A DNA stretch of 63,956 nucleotides, the filler included, from Octopus bimaculoides (lineage: Eukaryota), in NCBI RefSeq assembly GCF_001194135.2. It is 6 parts of 6 records of this genome, joined end to end, with 100 filler letters (N's around TTAATTAATTAA, not from the genome) between each part and the next. Parts side by side here need not be neighbours in the genome. Positions count along the whole stretch, not along the records: positions 58,195 to 60,258 come from NC_069010.1; positions 60,359 to 61,716 come from NC_068991.1; positions 61,817 to 63,956 come from NW_026329327.1; 3 more parts are not named here. The stretch is one strand, 5' to 3'. A program made the translations under genes and the position numbers. Each line of letters starts with the position of its first letter. Within the stretch, counting starts at the first letter, position 1. A model generated the notes under the pieces. The model was given only the letters and a program-made list of their open reading frames with translations, was not told where the DNA came from and did not search any database. Positions 59,895-63,956 of this stretch are shown here, in pieces.

Positions 59895-60178
59895 AATCAT
59901 CGTTTAACGTCCGCTTTCCATGCTGGCATGGGTTGGATGGTTTGACTGAGGACTGGTGAGCCAAAGGCTGCACCAGGCTCAATCTGATCTGCCAAAGTTT
60001 CTATAGCTGGATGCTCTTCCTAACGCCAACCACTCCATGAGTGTAGTGGGTGCTTTTACGTGACTTTGCCTTTCATCCTTTCAGGGTCGATAAATTAAGT
60101 ACCAGTTGCATACTGGTGTCGATCTAATCGACTGGCACCTCCCCCAAAATTTCAGGCCTTGTGCCTAGAGTAGAGAAG

Positions 60179-60185
<7 letters not shown>
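59895..60185. mobile_element. Family D repeat (-) fused to SINE family B 3' part (+)
   Basis: CATCGTTTAACGTCCGCTTTCCATGC...GGGTGCTTTTACGTG|ACTTTGCCTTTCATCCTTTCAGGGTCG...GTAGAGAAG(ATT)n. Confidence 0.75.
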
Positions 60186-60216
<31 letters not shown>

Positions 60217-60258
60217 GATAGTAGGGTGGTGAGCTGGTGGAATTGTTGGAGTGTTAGG

Positions 60259-60358
60259 NNNNNNNNNNNNNNNNNNNNNNNNNNNNNNNNNNNNNNNNNN
60301 NNTTAATTAATTAANNNNNNNNNNNNNNNNNNNNNNNNNNNNNNNNNNNNNNNNNNNN
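60259..60358. other. Artificial assembly linker
   Basis: 44 N + TTAATTAATTAA (60303-60314) + 44 N. Confidence 0.97.
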
Positions 60359-60509
60359 TATATATATATATAAATAAAATATAAAAGATAAAAAATAGTA
60401 TATATATAAAATTAAAATTATTCATATATACATATTTACAGACATTCACACACATATACACACCCATACATATATATATATATATATACATATTTACAGA
60501 CATTTTGTT

Positions 60510-60700
60510 GGATGGTCGTTGACTGTTCAGGAGTTCATCCGCCCTTTGACAGGTCTTATTTTTCGTCCTGCAGGGTGTCCAACAACACCCTCCTCACCAA
60601 GCAAGCCTGGTGGGGTTGCCAGTTTAGTCGCCGACGACCCGACCATGCAACAGGTTGTACTGGATTACATGTTACCAGTAGCACTGAAGAGCGACCTGAC
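60510..60700 (-). mobile_element. GC-rich repeat fragment, possibly a LINE (RTE-type) 5' UTR
   Basis: GC/CpG-rich segment amid TA microsatellites; minus strand has GGTCGGGTCGTCGGCGACTAAACTGGCAACCCCACC. Class assignment rests on recollection only. Confidence 0.35.
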
Positions 60701-61673
60701 ATATATATGTATATATATATATTAACACACACGTACACATATACTTATACATATACGCTGCCAGATATATACATCTACACTGCAATATACATTTACACTA
60801 CATTTACAGCGCAATATATAATACCTCTACTTTTACACAAGGTACGATCTAAATATTTTAAGAAGTCACAACTTCAAAAATTAGTTTAATATTCCGAAAA
60901 AAGTGAAGTGTAGTTTTCGATGTTTAGCTGCTGAGCGTGGTAGCCACCTAGAACACTTGATTGTTTTATGTATTTAACAAGCGAACGAGATGGCCTTCTT
61001 GTTAGATATTATACAATTTTATATATTTAAGTGATGAACTTGGAGACTATAATGTTAAACACTTTACTATTCAACATGTTTAACTAGTGAACTTGGTCGA
61101 AATGAAAAACTCTGTAACACAAGAACAAGATGGATAAATATATTTCATATATCATACAAAACGTCTTGTAATGTCTAAGTGGATAAAGGGGTCTTGTGGT
61201 CCTTCGTTGATATATGGGTCACCAACGAAGGTTTCATCTTCGGATAGTTTGTCATTTTAATGTCTGCCTAATGAAGTCAAATCTGTTTCAGATCATTGAC
61301 TCAATTGAGAAGAACAGGGCATGTGGGGTACGTTAGAACAAATAACGTATACGAGAATCGATTCCGAGAGTTGATAGTTCCGAAGCGAACATCTTCACCG
61401 TTAGGCCATTATACACACATATTATGTATAAAGGTTTACGCCTAAACATTAATACTTGTGCATTATATCTTCATACCAAAATATATTCAAATGAATGCGT
61501 GTGCATATGGCAACTTTCTTAAATGTATTCATATATATGCATACATTCCTCTACACATGTATATAAATGTACACACAAACTCACACTCATGTACGTATTT
61601 TCATGTGTGTGTATGGGTGTGTCTTTGTCTCTCTGTGTCTGCGTGTGTGCAATGTGTGTGCGTGTGTGTGTGT

Positions 61674-61716
<43 letters not shown>

Positions 61717-61816
61717 NNNNNNNNNNNNNNNNNNNNNNNNNNNNNNNNNNNNNNNNNNNNTTAATTAATTAANNNNNNNNNNNNNNNNNNNNNNNNNNNN
61801 NNNNNNNNNNNNNNNN
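61717..61816. other. Artificial assembly linker
   Basis: 44 N + TTAATTAATTAA (61761-61772) + 44 N. Confidence 0.97.
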
Positions 61817-63956
61817 GTGCCTGGAACCGCAAGAACGTGCCTGGGAACGGAATAACGTGCCTGGGGACGCAATGACGTGCCTAGAACCGCAAGAACGTGC
61901 CTACGGTCACAAGAACGTGCCTGGNNNNNNNNNNNNNNNNNNNNNNNNNNNNNNNCGTGCCTACGGTCACAAGAACGTGCCTGGGGACGGAATAACGTGC
62001 CTGGGAACGAAATAACGTGCCTGGGAACGAATTAACGTGCCTACGGTAACAAGAACATGCCTGGGGACGGAATAACGTGCCTGGAACCGCAAGAACGTGC
62101 CTACGGCNNNNNNNNNNNNNNNNNNNNNNNNNNNNNNNNNNNNNNNNNNNNNNNNNNNNNNNNNNNNNNNNNNNNNNNNNNNNNNNNNNNNNNNNNNNNN
62201 NNNNNNNNNNNNNNNNNNNNNNNNNNNNNNNNNNNNNNNNNNNNNNNNNNNNNNNNTACGGTCACAAGAACGTGCCTGGGGACGCAATAACGTGCCTGGA
62301 AGCGCACGAACGTTCCTACGGTCACAAGAACGTGCCTGAAACCGCAAGAACGTGTCTACGGTCACAAGAACGTGCCTGGGGACGGAATAACGTGCCTNNN
62401 NNNNNNNGTGCCTGGAACCGGAAGAACGTGCCTACGGTCACAAGAACGTGCCTGGGGTTGGAATAACGTGCCTGGAACCGCAAGAACGTGCATACGGTCA
62501 CAAGAACGTGCCTGGAAACGCAAGAACGTTCCTACGGTCACANNNNNNNNNNGCAAGAACGTTCCTACGGTCACAAGAACGTGCCTGGAGACGGAATAAC
62601 GTGCCTGGAACTTCAAGAACGTGCCTGCGGTCACAAGGACGTGCCTGGGGACTGAAAAACGTGCCTGGAACCGCAAGAACGTCNNNNNNNNNNNNNNNNN
62701 NNNNNNNNNNNNNNNNNNNNNNNNNNNNNNNNNNNNNNNNNNNNNNNNNNNNNNNNNNNNNNNNNNNNNNNNNNNNNNNNNNNNNNNNNNNNNNNNNNNN
62801 NNNNNNNNNNNNNNNNNNNNNNNNNNNNNCGTGCCTGGGGACGGAATAACGTGCCTGGAACCGCAAGAACGTGCCTGGGGACGGAATAACGTGCCTGGGG
62901 ACGGAATAACGTTCCTACGGTCACAAGAACGCGCCTGGGGACGGAATAACGTGCCTGNNNNNNNNNNNNNNNNNNNNNNNNNNNNNNNNNNNNNNNNNNN
63001 NNNNNNNNNNNNNNNNNNNNNNNNNNNNNNNNNNNNNNNNNNNNNNNNNGCCTGGAACTGCAAGAACGTGCCTACGGTCACTAGAACGTGCCTGGATACG
63101 GAATAACGTGCCTGCAACCGCAAGAACGTGCCTACGGTCACAAGTACGTGCCTGGGGACGGTATAACGTGCCTGAAACCACAAGAACGTCCCTACGGTCA
63201 CAAGAACGTACCTGGGGACGGAATAACGTGCCTGGAACCGCAAGAACGTGCCTACCGTCANNNNNNNNNNCTGGGGACGGAATAACGTGCCTGGAACCGC
63301 AAGAACGTGCCTACCGTCACACGAACGTGCCGGGGACGGAATAACGTGCCTGGAACCGCAAGAACGTGCCTACGGTCACAANNNNNNNNNNNNNNNNNNN
63401 NNNNNNNNNNNNNNNNNNNNNNNNNNNNNNNNNNNNNNNNNNNNNNNNNNNNNNNNNNNNNNNNNNNNNNNNNNNNNNNNNNNNNNNNNNNNNNNNNNNN
63501 NNNNNNNNNNNNNNNNNNNNNNNNNNNNNNNNNNNNNNNNNNNNNNNNNNNNNNNNNNNNNNNNNNNNNNNNNNNNNNNNNNNNNNNNNNNNNNNNNNNN
63601 NNNNNNNNNNNNNNNNNNNNNNNNNNNNNNNNNNNNNNNNNNNNNNNNNNNNNNNNNNNNNNNNNNNNNNNNNNNNTGGAACCGCAAGAACGTGCCTACG
63701 GTCACAAGAAGTGCCTGGGCACGGAATTACGTGCCTGGAACCGTAAGAACGTGCCCACGGTCACAAGAACGTGCCTGGGGACGAATAACGTGCCTGGAAC
63801 CGCAAGAACGTTCCTACGGTCACAAGAACGTGNNNNNNNNNNTGCCTACGGTCACAAGAACGTGCCTGGGGACGGAATAACTTGCCTGGAACCGGAAGAA
63901 CGTGCTTACGGTCACAAGAACGTGCCTGGGGACGGAATAACGAGCCTGGAACCGCA
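61817..63956. repeat. GC-rich satellite of three 20-bp monomer variants with a dominant 60-bp higher-order repeat
   Basis: A=GGAACCGCAAGAACGTGCCT, B=ACGGTCACAAGAACGTGCCT, C=GGGGACGGAATAACGTGCCT; shared AACGTGCCT core; ABCABC run at 63054-63255; many gaps. Confidence 0.95.

Noticed and set aside
62057-63880. Repetitive protein (VPGDGITCLEPQERAYGHKN)n
   Set aside because: Monomers are 20 bp and are frequently dropped or reordered, which shifts the frame; several frames on both strands are open and no splice or start context is seen.
61817-63956. CRISPR array
   Set aside because: The core is only 9 bp, the variable parts recur as three types rather than unique spacers, there are no cas genes, and the context is eukaryotic.

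Overview
This is repeat-dominated eukaryotic DNA, not prokaryotic. The microsatellite density and the tRNA-derived SINE families point to an octopus (inference). The window is an artificial join of six blocks (1-17837, 17938-39292, 39393-58094, 58195-60258, 60359-61716, 61817-63956), separated by identical 100-bp linkers (44 N + TTAATTAATTAA + 44 N), so adjacency across linkers is unproven. The only host coding sequence I recognise is one 133-bp internal exon of TTC5 (59605-59737, +). The rest consists of SINE-like families (labelled A-F here), L1/Tx1-, RTE- and R4/Dong-type LINE fragments, Tc1/mariner, hAT, Mutator-like and piggyBac-like non-autonomous DNA elements, a candidate solo LTR, a tRNA-Thr-like unit, at least seven long hairpins or foldbacks, and a terminal GC-rich satellite built from three 20-bp variants. 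Nearly all ORFs in the supplied track are microsatellite or N-gap artefacts. The best leads are foldbacks whose arm mismatches are mostly G-U-compatible on the + strand (two lie just upstream of the TTC5 exon), a pre-miRNA-sized hairpin, a sharp CpG-retained versus CpG-decayed contrast between blocks, two Tx1-like copies independently lacking the RT domain, and the three-variant satellite. No CRISPR array, rRNA or clearly functional tRNA was found. All alignments and counts were done by eye, and many repeat boundaries are approximate.
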